NCBI GenBank assembly: GCA_026625185.1
Contig: CP113000.1
Location: forward strand, 2,175,622 to 2,207,621
Direction of reading: 5' to 3'
Source of the DNA: Thermodesulfobacteriota bacterium
GTDB lineage: Bacteria > Desulfobacterota > WTBG01 > JAGOGO01
Length of the DNA: 32,000 bases
Shown: one piece after another, positions 17,807 to 24,405 of the stretch
Numbering within the stretch: the first letter of the stretch is position 1
Layout: the number at the start of each line of letters is the position of its first letter
The notes under the pieces: generated by a model
What the model saw: the letters and a program-made list of their open reading frames with translations, nothing else
Database searches by the model: none
Told to the model about the DNA's origin: nothing
Translations under genes and position numbers: made by a program

Positions 17807-17906
17807 TAGTCGCAGCCTTTAGACTGCGTGACATATTGAAATCACATATCCGAGAAGCGCAAGCTAAAGCTTGCGGCTACCAAAACCTGTATTACGACAC
17901 AGTCTC
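17807..17906 (+). repeat. Dispersed hairpin repeat, family A, copy 2 (two stem-loops plus conserved tail)
   Basis: Sequence is GTCGCAGCCTTTAGACTGCGTGAC ... GAGAAGCGCAAGCTAAAGCTTGCGGCTACCAAAACCTGTATTACGACACAGTCTC. It aligns with copies at 4012-4075 (minus strand) and 31028-31130. Confidence 0.75.
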
Positions 17907-17965
17907 GGCAACGAGAGGAAATGAATGAATTAAATAAAGGGGGGATAGGCGGTTTTGGAAAGTTG

Positions 17966-19132
17966 ATGATGATCAGTCCGGCAAAGATCTTAATTTATCT
18001 CATTGAATTAATTAATTCTTACGCCTCCATTTACTATTCCAATTTTCTCTTTTTCTACCTGCAGCGCACATTTGGCTTCGGTGAGAAGGAGAACCTGCTG
18101 ACGGCGGCCCTCTGCGGTTTTATATATATTATCGCAGCCTGGCAGGGTGGCAAACTGACGCAGCGCTATGGGGGCATCAGGATGCTTTACCTTGGCTGCT
18201 TCGGGGTCATTTTGTCCCTTGCCTTGGGCCTGGTATTCACTACCCCAACTGCGCAGGTCATGGTGTTTTGTTTGTGGACAGTGGCGATTTGTTTTATCTG
18301 GCCGGCCCTTGAAACGGTGATCAGTGACCGGGCAGGCGCGTCGCTGTCGAAGATGCTCTGCATCTATAATATCACCTGGGCTGCCGGTGGCGCAATAGCA
18401 TACTTCACGGCAGGTATCCTGATTGAAAAATTGGGCATGGCAAGCGTGTTCCGACTTCCCCTTGGGCTTACGGTTGTCGAGCTTGCCCTCCTGCCATTCG
18501 TCACCCAATGTCTGAAAAAAGAAAATGATCGTCAATGTCCTGATGAGACCATGACCTTACCGGTTAGTCCCGCAGACGCCAAACAATTCCTGTGGATGGC
18601 CCGGCTTGCCAACCCTTTTGCCTATGTGGCGATCAACACCGTCATTCCGCTGGTTCCCTACATAGCGGAAAAACTTCACCTTTCAACCGGCATGGCGGGC
18701 ATTGTCTGTTCCCTCTGGATGTTCGCCAGGCTGGCTGCTTTTGCGGCCTTTTGGCGATGGACGGGTTGGCATTATTGTTTTCCATGGTTGGCAGGGTCTT
18801 TTCTGCTGCTGATCGTCTGCTTTTTCGGATTTCTCATACCGCAATCGATCGGATTGCTTTTGCTCGCACAAGTCGGCTTCGGCCTGTCGATCGGTCTTAT
18901 CTATTCCTCATCCCTCTTCTATTCCATGAATGTGACAGAGAATCAGGGTGCAAACGCCGGCCTTCATGAGGCAATGATCGGGGCGGGCATGTTTATCGGT
19001 CCGGCCTTTGGCGCTGCCACTCTCTATCTCATTCCAGCCGCTATCGGCATCGGGTCCTGGTCTGTGGGCGGTTTGCTTTGCGCCGGATTTTTTGGTTTAC
19101 TCTTTGTGAGGCATTACCGGATAATGCCATAA
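17966..19132 (+). CDS. MFS-type transporter (about 12 predicted TM helices)
   Basis: Hydrophobic throughout with a central loop (KKENDRQCPDETMTLPVSPADAK) splitting it into two six-helix halves. The ORF is open from 17921, but the first 15 codons (NELNKGGIGGFGK) are encoded by an intergenic repeat, so I prefer the ATG at 17966. Confidence 0.8.
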   Translation: MMISPAKILIYLIELINSYASIYYSNFLFFYLQRTFGFGEKENLLTAALCGFIYIIAAWQGGKLTQRYGGIRMLYLGCFGVILSLALGLVFTTPTAQVMVFCLWTVAICFIWPALETVISDRAGASLSKMLCIYNITWAAGGAIAYFTAGILIEKLGMASVFRLPLGLTVVELALLPFVTQCLKKENDRQCPDETMTLPVSPADAKQFLWMARLANPFAYVAINTVIPLVPYIAEKLHLSTGMAGIVCSLWMFARLAAFAAFWRWTGWHYCFPWLAGSFLLLIVCFFGFLIPQSIGLLLLAQVGFGLSIGLIYSSSLFYSMNVTENQGANAGLHEAMIGAGMFIGPAFGAATLYLIPAAIGIGSWSVGGLLCAGFFGLLFVRHYRIMP

Positions 19133-19312
19133 TACAAGTCGCATTTTTTGGCTAACTTTGTTGGCTGCGTTTTCGGTTTCCTCGACCTATTATAAATACG
19201 CCTGCGGAGACTCCTCCTTGCCCTGGCCTTTCGATAGCTTCACAACATCTTAACCGCATACTCGGTTGTGATAACCTTCTGTTTTTTAAACTCTGAACGA
19301 GAAAGCAAGTAG

Positions 19313-19641
19313 GTTATGGCGGGGTTCAACCTGGTTCAACGATGGGCCGGGATTGCCTTTGGAAAGCATGGCATAAGAATTGTCTTAACCTTGGGATTCA
19401 TGGGGTTGGCCTTTACGGTGGAACTAAGCACAGTTCTGCAACAGACCTTCGGAAATACTTCTCCCCGGAGCATATAAAGCGGGCAACAATGCACTTCACA
19501 AACAAGGCGTTCGAAAGATATTTTCAGGTTCAAGCCGAGGATATTTGGACCATATACAATCAGTCAAAGGGTGGGAGTGAAAAGGGAGTGAAAAACATAT
19601 CCCTTAAAAAGGATAAAATTATTAAAATTACTAAGAAATAA
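19313..19641 (+). pseudogene. 3' remnant of a tyrosine-recombinase (phage-type integrase) gene, copy 1
   Basis: MGRDCLWKAWHKNCLNLGIHGVGLYGGTKHSSATDLRKYFSPEHIKRATMHFTNKAFERYFQV corresponds to the C-terminal catalytic segment (HxxR-box region, H/Y region ...ERY). The N-terminal two-thirds, including Arg-I, are missing. It ends 1 nt before the tRNA-Ser 3' repeat. Confidence 0.7.
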
Positions 19642-19642
19642 T

Positions 19643-19669
19643 AGCGGAGAGGGTGGGATTCGAACCCAC
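19643..19669 (-). repeat. 27-bp exact direct repeat of the tRNA-Ser(CGA) 3' end (att-type island boundary)
   Basis: AGCGGAGAGGGTGGGATTCGAACCCAC at 19643-19669 is identical to 27851-27877, which covers the T-arm, acceptor 3' strand, discriminator and 2 further nt of the intact tRNA. Identity stops at both edges. Confidence 0.9.
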
Positions 19670-19849
19670 ACTTCCTAACAAAAAACACTTTAAAAACAAT
19701 ATGAAAAAACAGACTGGCAAAAAATTGGCAAAGATTTGATAAAGTTTTTTTGGAAAAATTTAGCTACGGGAATGGTTCACTTTAAGTCTGTTTTGTCCTG
19801 TTTGAGTCTGTCTAGCATACAAAACCTATGCAGTGAAAGGACCTCAAGT

Positions 19850-19878
19850 TTGACAATCCGTATAACATGTGTTATTTT
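19850..19878 (+). promoter_or_regulatory. Putative sigma-70-type promoter upstream of the 79-aa ORF
   Basis: TTGACA (19850-19855), a 17-nt spacer, then TATTTT (19873-19878), about 70 nt upstream of the TTG start at 19948. Pattern match only. Confidence 0.3.
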
Positions 19879-19947
19879 AAATTATTAATTATTAATTAAC
19901 AAGGCGACTGACCACCCTCTAAAGCCTAAAAAACGAAGGAGAATAAA

Positions 19948-20187
19948 TTGGAAAAAAAACATGAACAAATTTTTAGAAAAATTTCATTGGGGGACTATCG
20001 GATGGTCTGGGAAAAAAATAGCGTCCAAATTTGGCTGGAAAAAACATATGAGGGAGAATTTGGCGGATATGACATCGCCCGATGGCATGAGGCCACCCAC
20101 CATTGGGCCAAACGTGGAGAAAAAATAGCCTCTTACGATGATGCTATGAATTTGGCAGAAATGTTATCACAAGAGAACACCCATTGA
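19948..20187 (+). CDS. Hypothetical small protein (79 aa)
   Basis: TTG start preceded by AGGAG with 6-nt spacing. No motif that I recognise. Confidence 0.5.
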   Translation: MEKKHEQIFRKISLGDYRMVWEKNSVQIWLEKTYEGEFGGYDIARWHEATHHWAKRGEKIASYDDAMNLAEMLSQENTH

Positions 20188-20316
20188 TAAAACCAACGAC
20201 GAAAAGACTATAAACACTATTTGTCTTTAAATAAAATAAAAACATAGAGCTTCCAGACATAAAAAGGAAGGGGTTGAAATGATTCCCAAGAAATGAATGG
20301 AATTAGCTTATAAAAG

Positions 20317-20337
20317 GGCCGGATTGCCGAAAAGGTG
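20317..20337 (+). repeat. Left arm of an imperfect inverted repeat flanking the ytxH-like gene
   Basis: GGCCGGATTGCCGAAAAGGTG at 20317-20337, against the reverse complement of 20804-20826, GGCCGGATTGCCAAAATAAGGTG. The first 12 nt are identical. Confidence 0.7.
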
Positions 20338-20480
20338 GTCCGGTCTATTCATTTGCTTTTTGAAAGGTCTGGATTTCAAGAAATGGGGAGATAACTTTGC
20401 TTAAACGGTGTTCCATATAAACAATAATAAAGTTTTTGTTCAACCCCGATAAAAGAAAAAACTTTAGAAAGGGGTGATTG

Positions 20481-20786
20481 ATGGATTCCAATCGTACGGA
20501 ATATAGTTTCGCAGCACTTGCCCTGGCTTTTGTCATCGGAGGACTTATTGGAGCAGGCTTAGGATTTCTTTTTACTCCCCGAACCGGAAGGGAGACACAA
20601 GAAAAAATAAAGGAGCGAGGAGAGGAATCAGGTAAAAAACTCCGGAAAGCGGTTGAGACCATTCGGGAGAAGGCTAAAGGATTGGCTGAAGCTGGAAAAG
20701 AAAAAATTTCTGCAGTCAAAATCAATTTCTGTGAACCATATTATAGGGCAAGAAATTGGTGGGTTGAGCGCTTTGGTTGTGCCTAA
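20481..20786 (+). CDS. YtxH-domain-like small membrane-anchored protein
   Basis: N-terminal TM helix then a charged helix: FAALALAFVIGGLIGAGLGFLFTPRTGRETQEKIKERGEE, which matches the YtxH pattern (G..G...G.LFAP.sGkEtR..l). A GGGG-rich SD lies upstream of the ATG at 20481. Confidence 0.7.
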   Translation: MDSNRTEYSFAALALAFVIGGLIGAGLGFLFTPRTGRETQEKIKERGEESGKKLRKAVETIREKAKGLAEAGKEKISAVKINFCEPYYRARNWWVERFGCA

Positions 20787-20803
20787 AAATAAAAAAGGCC
20801 CAT

Positions 20804-20826
20804 CACCTTATTTTGGCAATCCGGCC
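20804..20826 (-). repeat. Right arm of the inverted repeat flanking the ytxH-like gene
   Basis: See the left arm at 20317-20337. The arms bracket about 510 bp. Confidence 0.7.
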
Positions 20827-20937
20827 TATATTTTATCTCAAGGAAACATAAATCCTCTCTCCTCCAATTATATCCCTGGGTTTGCGTTTTAGATTCAGAG
20901 ATTAATTTTTGATTGCATACGGTAATAGTAAAAACCT

Positions 20938-21234
20938 TTACAGGTTAAGAAGTAACTTTTTCCCCCCCCTCTTTTCCTCAGGGATGATGGTCATTAGGTC
21001 ATTCGGGGTGCACTCGAAATAAAGACAAAGCTTCTCAATAATCTCAGTGTTAGGCTTGTAGTTACCTTTGCTATGAGCAATCTTAGAAAGTGTTACCCTT
21101 GAAAGTCCCGTCTTTTCCGCTATCTCAAAAAGCAAAATAGAACGCCTTTCCCTAAATTCCTTATCCTCAAGTAAACGTCTGAAGTGAAACTGAATCATGC
21201 GGTTATCTTTATACATATTAAAGATTTTTGTCAA
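20938..21234 (-). CDS. XRE/Cro-C1-family helix-turn-helix transcriptional regulator
   Basis: 98 aa. LLFEIAEKTGLSRVTLSKIAHSKGNYKPNTEIIEKLCLYFECTPNDLMTI is a typical HTH_XRE (YozG-like) pattern. It is divergent from the recombinase gene. Confidence 0.8.
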   Translation of the reverse strand: MTKIFNMYKDNRMIQFHFRRLLEDKEFRERRSILLFEIAEKTGLSRVTLSKIAHSKGNYKPNTEIIEKLCLYFECTPNDLMTIIPEEKRGGKKLLLNL

Positions 21235-21411
21235 TAGTTAAAAAAAATTCACCTATGGCAATAATTCTTTCTTTTTTTATTTGACAAACCTTTTTTATTG
21301 GGGTAATTATTTATTAACTGAAGTAAAAAATTTTTAACCTTAGTTTAGTTAAATGAAAACCCCACGTAATCAAAGAGAATATAAAATTTCCCTCCTTCTG
21401 GATGGTTTAAA

Positions 21412-21461
21412 GGCCTGTCTCAAGTTGACGTGTGGTTATCTTGAGCGGGCCTTTTCTTTTT
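21412..21461 (+). terminator. Intrinsic-terminator-like hairpin plus T-tract 18 nt upstream of the recombinase start (possible attenuator)
   Basis: GGCC-TGT-CTCAAG (21412-21424), a 15-nt loop, CTTGAG-CG-GGCC (21440-21451), then TTTTCTTTTT. Confidence 0.45.
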
Positions 21462-21478
21462 GAAGAAAGGGGGCCAGC

Positions 21479-22069
21479 ATGAAAGGCGCGCGTCATTTAT
21501 CAAGGGAAGAAATTCAAAGCCTCGCGCAATCGTTTTACGGGGAATATGAGGTTAGAAACCGGAGTCTTTTTCTTTTGGGGTTAAACATCGGGACACGGAT
21601 CAGCGAGCTACTGGCCTTGAATGTTGGTGACGTTTGGCAGTTTGGGAAGCCGGTTGCAATCCTTGAGCTAAAGAAAGCAATCACTAAGGGGAAGAAAACG
21701 AGACAGATTCCCTTGAATGAGCAGGCACAAAAAGTCATTACCGAGCTTATCGGGTGGAAAGAATCACAAGGTGAAGACCTCTATCCTAACGCTCCGCTTT
21801 TTACCTCAAGGAAAGGTAACAGAAGGTTATCCCGCTTTCAGGTTTACAGGATATTGAAGGACTCATTTCAATCAAGCGAATGTTCGGGAAGGGTTAGCAC
21901 TCACAGCTTGAGGAAGTCCTTCGCTAAGGCGCTGCTAATTTCCGGGAATAACTTAAGAGCGATTCAGGTTCTCTTAGGTCATACTTCCCTGGCAACCAAA
22001 GAAAAGTATTTGGCGGTTTCTCCTGATGAACTGAGTCAAGCGGTAAATTCTTTGAGCTTCGCAGCTTAA
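21479..22069 (+). CDS. Small (196-aa) tyrosine recombinase consisting of the catalytic domain only (FimB/FimE-size)
   Basis: The full catalytic set is visible: Arg-I in GTRISELLAL, Lys in KKTRQIPL, HxxR in STHSLRKSF, His in LLGHTSL and Tyr in KEKYLAV. No N-terminal core-binding domain. SD AAGGGGG lies upstream. Confidence 0.85.
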   Translation: MKGARHLSREEIQSLAQSFYGEYEVRNRSLFLLGLNIGTRISELLALNVGDVWQFGKPVAILELKKAITKGKKTRQIPLNEQAQKVITELIGWKESQGEDLYPNAPLFTSRKGNRRLSRFQVYRILKDSFQSSECSGRVSTHSLRKSFAKALLISGNNLRAIQVLLGHTSLATKEKYLAVSPDELSQAVNSLSFAA

Positions 22070-22353
22070 TGAAAGAGGTTGAGAGCGAGCTTCCTGGGGC
22101 TTTTCAGGCGGTCATTTTTTGGGATAGTTCACAAGAAAAAGGGCGTGTGCGTGGGTAAGCAAGGGGTTCTTTGAGATAAGGCTTTGTAGAGGAAATTGAA
22201 TGCAACAAAAGGGTTCTTTCGTTGCATTGGTATTAACCTTAGATAACAGAATCATAAATTCAAATTTTGGTTGTAAGGCCAAATTAGAAATTCACGAAAG
22301 AATTCAGAAAATAACAAACGATTGTGAGTCCTGGGTAATAAACTCATTAGACC

Positions 22354-22695
22354 GTGCGGAGAAAGAAGGTTTTTTCCCGGCATGGCAAAGGATGGGGTGG
22401 AATAACCCCTGGCTCGAAGATGGGGCGAGACTGTTTATGGAAGGCATGGCACAAGGCTTGTCTTAATCTCGGTATTAAGGGTGTTGACCTCTATGGTGGA
22501 ACTAAACACAGTTCAACTACTGATCTGCGGAAATACTTCTCACCAGAGCAAATCAAAAGGGCAACCATGCACCAGACTAACAAGGCTTTCGAAAGATATT
22601 TCCAAGTTCCGATTGATGATATTCGGGAAATATACCAAAACACGGCTGGCAAAGAATTGGCAAAGGATGAGGAACGTAATGTAATAGGAGAATAA
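22354..22695 (+). pseudogene. 3' remnant of a tyrosine-recombinase (integrase) gene, copy 2 (paralog of 19313-19641)
   Basis: MGRDCLWKAWHKACLNLGIKGVDLYGGTKHSSTTDLRKYFSPEQIKRATMHQTNKAFERYFQV. By my count 60 of 72 aligned residues are identical to copy 1. No Arg-I region is present, and the upstream ORF (22200-22466) is in another frame and not integrase-like. Confidence 0.7.
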
Positions 22696-22731
22696 CGGGA
22701 TTAGGCGGGATATGCCGGTAAATGCCGGGAT
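22696..22731 (+). repeat. Four direct CGGGAT-like repeats phased at 10 bp (iteron / arm-site-like)
   Basis: CGGGAT at 22696, CGGGAT at 22706, CCGGTA at 22715 and CCGGGAT at 22725, immediately after the integrase-remnant stop codon. Confidence 0.6.
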
Positions 22732-22753
22732 AATAAGAAGTTAGATGAAATTT

Positions 22754-22840
22754 GGAGAAATTTTTGTCGCCACACTGTTACCCCGCCAACCCCTTTTTTC
22801 TGTAATGAAATCGGCGACAATTTTTAAGAGAAATTTTTTG
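22754..22840. repeat. Inverted repeat TTGTCGCC / GGCGACAA with A/T-rich GAGAAATTTTT flanks
   Basis: TTGTCGCC at 22764-22771 and GGCGACAA at 22813-22820, 41 bp apart. Flanks are GGAGAAATTTT on the left and TTTTTAAGAGAAATTTTTT on the right. The interval contains CACTGTTAC. Confidence 0.55.
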
Positions 22841-22886
22841 CACGTAGTTTGAGATAATACTCATAAAATAAATTTTAAACGGAGTG

Positions 22887-22946
22887 TGTAAACTGCGGGC
22901 GTTCAGCGTGACAGGTCGCTCGTCAGACCACAGCCGTTGGTTATGC
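22887..22946 (-). repeat. GC-rich imperfect hairpin after the last cassette ORF; possible heterologous attC-like site (weak)
   Basis: The minus strand reads GCATAAC-CAACGGCTGTGGTCTGACGAGCG-ACCTGTCA-CGCTGAACGCCCGCA-GTTTACA (60 nt). The ends loosely resemble RYYYAAC and GTTRRRY, but pairing is poor and it is unrelated in sequence to the other five repeats. Confidence 0.3.
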
Positions 22947-22960
22947 AATACTGATAGTTT

Positions 22961-23305
22961 TTAAAATTTTACAACTATCCATCCGACGATTAACACGATG
23001 ATCCAACCACATGAAATGGCAAAAAGGAAATTTTTCCATCTTTCTCCGAAGTAATTTTTTGTGGCCCTAACTACCCATGTCCAATTAAAACAGATATGAA
23101 AGACCAGGAGAATTAGAAGTAAAAGTGACAAATAGAGATGGATATCGCCCCACTGATGTCGCTGTAGCCCAAGAAAATACTTCTGAAATCCATACCCTCT
23201 TCCCCTCGGAATTACAAATCCTAAGAAAAGTCCTATAACCGAAAGGGAACACATATCAACAAAAAGAGCGACATTAACCACGAACTTCAACGTATTCTTT
23301 TTCAA
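22961..23305 (-). CDS. DUF4405-like small integral membrane protein (cassette 6)
   Basis: 114 aa with 3-4 TM segments. The pattern ...GLQRHQWGDIHLYLSLLLLILLVFHICFNWTWV matches my memory of DUF4405 (conserved H..W.diH ... lH...nW.W). TTG start with SD GAGGGAA. Confidence 0.6.
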   Translation of the reverse strand: MKKNTLKFVVNVALFVDMCSLSVIGLFLGFVIPRGRGYGFQKYFLGLQRHQWGDIHLYLSLLLLILLVFHICFNWTWVVRATKNYFGERWKNFLFAISCGWIIVLIVGWIVVKF

Positions 23306-23322
23306 GTCATTCCCTCTTCATC

Positions 23323-23436
23323 GCATATCAGTGTTTATATTGATCCGTAAAAAAATCTAAATACGTTACCTAATTTATATAAAAATCGGCATAAGACCCC
23401 GTTGTTAAGAATTTTGTAATTTTAGGGATGTCTCTC
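23323..23436 (-). repeat. attC-like cassette-junction repeat, family member d (R'-like end degenerate)
   Basis: The minus strand reads GAGACATCCCTAAAATTACAAAATTC-TTAACAACGGGGTCTTATGCC...TTTACGGATCAATATAAACACT-GATATGC. About 85% of positions match member c by eye. The stop codon of the 78-aa ORF lies inside the conserved left arm. Confidence 0.65.
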
Positions 23437-23658
23437 ACTTTTTCCCCTGGTTCGAAGGATGACGCCAGTCTGCTCAATCTGGTACTCGCCCTTCTTCAGC
23501 CGATTTATGGTCAATCCGTCTGAAGTCCGAAGCTCCTTTAGCCCTTCAACGACGGTTTTTGGATTCTCGCCAGTTTCAATGAAGTCGGTGTAGACGTAGA
23601 CGGTGTACCGACGGCCGTCGTCACCAACCGCTAAGAATCTGCCAGTTTGTCTCTTCAT
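23422..23658 (-). CDS. Hypothetical small protein, 78 aa (cassette 5)
   Basis: ATG preceded by AAAGGAAAA. No recognisable motif. The ORF runs into the downstream repeat arm. Confidence 0.5.
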   Translation of the reverse strand: MKRQTGRFLAVGDDGRRYTVYVYTDFIETGENPKTVVEGLKELRTSDGLTINRLKKGEYQIEQTGVILRTRGKSERHP

Positions 23659-23675
23659 TAATTTTCCTTTAAACC

Positions 23676-23792
23676 GCCAAACAGTGGTTATATTGATCCG
23701 TAAAAAAACCTAAATACGTTACTCAATCTATAAAAAAAATCGGCGGCATAAGGCGCCGTTGTTAAGAATTTTAGGATTTTAAGGACGTCCGG
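23676..23792 (-). repeat. attC-like cassette-junction repeat, family member c
   Basis: The minus strand reads GGACGTCCTTAAAATCCTAAAATTC-TTAACAACGGCGCCTTATGCCGCCGATTTTTTTTATAGATTGAGTAACGTATTTAGGTTTTTTTACGGATCAATATAACCACT-GTTTGGC. Confidence 0.65.
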
Positions 23793-23823
23793 TTTTCTAC
23801 CCATAAGCGCTTAATAGGCCGAC

Positions 23824-24375
23824 CTACTTGAAGCTTTGAAAACTTAAGCCGAGGTCACGCACCAAAATTTTGCCATCTCGGAGGTCTTGTTTCGGGATTT
23901 TAATTTCGATGCGCACAGCACTATTGACGGTAACAACTGCGCGGCCCTCAAGCACATGGGCATCCTTGGGCATCGGAAAAAATTCGATCTGGACAAATTC
24001 GGCATTGCGCAGATCCAAGACCGGTCGGCCAACTGCAGGATCGGTCGCATCCATTTCGAATACACCCCGAAACAGTGCCCGCTCGTTACCCTGTTGTTTA
24101 CCGAGACACTGAGCCGCGCTGGTAGTTAACAGCGCAGAGGCGCCTTTGCCGAACGCAAGGTAACCGCCGCGATCCATGTAGAAGTTGTCGTACGGAGTAT
24201 CGGTCTTGATGAACACCTCGACAGTTGCTGAAGCACTGCGGACGGGTGCTCGAAAAGGCGCAACGGCCTCGGCGAGGTTGCCGAAGTACCAAGTTCCCAC
24301 ACTCCCAGCCAAGACGAGCGCCGTCCCTAAGAACACGACCACATACGAAGCAGTACGCCAGAACAGAGGATCCAT
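23824..24375 (-). CDS. Hypothetical membrane-anchored protein (cassette 4), visibly GC-rich relative to its neighbours
   Basis: The ORF is open to 24393. The ATG at 24375 has the better SD (GAAAGGGAAAAAC). There is an N-terminal TM helix (ASYVVVFLGTALVLAGSVGTWYF) followed by a beta-rich region. No family recognised. Confidence 0.55.
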   Translation of the reverse strand: MDPLFWRTASYVVVFLGTALVLAGSVGTWYFGNLAEAVAPFRAPVRSASATVEVFIKTDTPYDNFYMDRGGYLAFGKGASALLTTSAAQCLGKQQGNERALFRGVFEMDATDPAVGRPVLDLRNAEFVQIEFFPMPKDAHVLEGRAVVTVNSAVRIEIKIPKQDLRDGKILVRDLGLSFQSFK

Positions 24376-24405
24376 GTTTTTCCCTTTCAACATGTGTAAT
24401 GATCG

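Noticed and set aside
17653-17928. 91-aa ORF upstream of the MFS gene
   Set aside because: It is built entirely from intergenic repeat families (the C-rich palindrome half-copy and the family-A hairpins), and the same peptide-like strings recur wherever the repeats occur.
19313-19641. Interpreting the integrase remnants (here and at 22354-22695) as the missing integron integrase IntI
   Set aside because: The C-terminal sequence (LYGGTKHSS.TDL...MH.TNKAFERY) does not resemble IntI C-termini (..TLRHSFATHLLE.G.DIRTVQELLGH..). The genes converge on, rather than diverge from, the array. Both are truncated.
19715-19730. Sigma-54-like TGGCA-N5-TTGGCA with GG-N10-GC spacing, conserved at 22647-22662
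   Set aside because: The -12 element reads TGGC rather than TTGC. The conservation is explained by homology of the integrase tail region, and the nearest downstream start is more than 200 nt away in copy 1 and absent in copy 2.
20345-20725. 126-aa minus-strand ORF overlapping the ytxH-like gene
   Set aside because: It is antisense to an ORF with a clear YtxH-type N-terminus and an SD, and it has no features of its own.
22200-22466. 88-aa ORF upstream of and overlapping integrase remnant 2, considered as the missing integrase N-terminal part joined by a frameshift at the T6 run near 22375
   Set aside because: Its sequence shows none of the expected Arg-I or core-binding features, so frameshift repair would not restore an integrase. 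It is left uncalled.
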